In this document: piece by piece, positions 63,196-64,000 of the stretch
Layout: every line of letters starts with the position of its first letter
Numbering within the stretch: the stretch's first letter is position 1
NCBI RefSeq assembly: GCF_018977255.1
Contig: NW_024704771.1
Span: forward strand, 3,534,001-3,598,000
Length of the DNA: 64,000 nt
Source: Callorhinchus milii
Lineage: Eukaryota
Reading direction: 5' to 3'
Notes under the pieces: model-generated
Databases searched by the model: none
Told to the model about the DNA's origin: nothing
The model's input: only the letters and a program-made list of their open reading frames with translations
Made by a program: the position numbers and the translations under genes

Positions 63196-63590
63196 TCCCG
63201 CTGCCTGACTCCAGGGCGAGGGACAAGTCACAAGATGGCGCCCAACGGCAACTCCGCCCTTTTAACGGCCACAGTTCAAAACGAAAGACAAACAAAGCGG
63301 CGACTGGCGCCGCTGTCCGGCTCTCTGGCCCCCGCCCCGCCCCGCCCCGCCCGGGGGCCGCTCGCTCGGTAACGCCGACTCCGCCCGTTCCGCCGCCTTC
63401 AGTTCGGCTCCGAAGCCGCTTCTCCTTCGCCTCTGACAACGGTGTCAGTTTGTCCGCCTCCCGTCCCCCCCCGCGCTCACTCACTCACTGCGCAGGCGCC
63501 GCACCGCCCGTCCCTCCCGCGCTCACTCACTGCGCAGGCGCCGCACCGCCCGTCCCCCGCGCTCACTCACTGCGCAGGCGCCGCACGTGG
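63196..63590 (-). promoter_or_regulatory. Gene D CpG promoter cassette with three NRF1-type sites
   Basis: Same core as A; TGCGCAGGCGC x3. Confidence 0.75.
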
Positions 63591-63654
63591 GTATCGTGTT
63601 GCACGTCACAAATTCAGTGAGTCACGCCTCCCACACCCTGAGCCGCGCCCCCAC

Positions 63655-64000
63655 ACACTGAGCCACACCCCCCCACACACTGAGCCACGCCCTCACACAC
63701 TGAGCCACGCCCTCACACACTGAGCCACGCCCTCACACACTGAGCCACGCCCCCACACACTGAGCCACGCCCTCACACACTGAGCACGCCCCACACACCT
63801 GAGCCACGCCCCCACACACTGAGCCACGCCCTCACACACTGAGCCACGCCCTCACACACTGAGCCACGCCCTCACACACTGAGCCACGCCCTCACACACT
63901 GAGCCACGCCCTCACACACTGAGCCACGCCCTCACACACTGAGCCACGCCCTCACACACTGAGCCACGCCCTCACACACTGAGCCACGCCCTCACACACT
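63655..64000. repeat. 20-nt minisatellite CACACTGAGCCACGCCCTCA, runs off the window
   Basis: Directly visible. Confidence 0.95.

Overview
Vertebrate genomic DNA, most likely from a cartilaginous fish (inferred from tRNA-headed Deu-domain SINEs of the SacSINE1/AmnSINE1 type plus abundant L2 and CR1 LINE fragments). The window holds four head-to-tail paralogous genes on the minus strand: A 636-11887 (3' end unresolved), B 18192-33114, C 37377-47389 and D 49247-63195. I assembled them by hand from AG/GT splice sites; most of their exons are missed or mis-started by the ORF track. Each gene has a 43-nt leader exon (MLLTAALLLLLAPQ), one (A, B) or two (C, D) CD2/CEACAM-type V domains lacking the canonical disulfide, and one C2 domain with an extra Cys. 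These are followed by five consecutive phase-1 exons of invariant length (117, 102, 129, 81, 108 nt), each encoding one hydrophobic helix, and a short basic tail. This Ig + 5-TM layout parallels CD47 but with a different, variable ectodomain. The Ig exons are strongly diverged, whereas the exon-1/CpG-promoter cassette (YY1 site, GC boxes, NRF1-site minisatellite) is almost identical in all four copies. The rest is retroposon debris, one probable Tc1/mariner MITE, and mini/microsatellites. No database searches were possible, so family names and novelty are inference.
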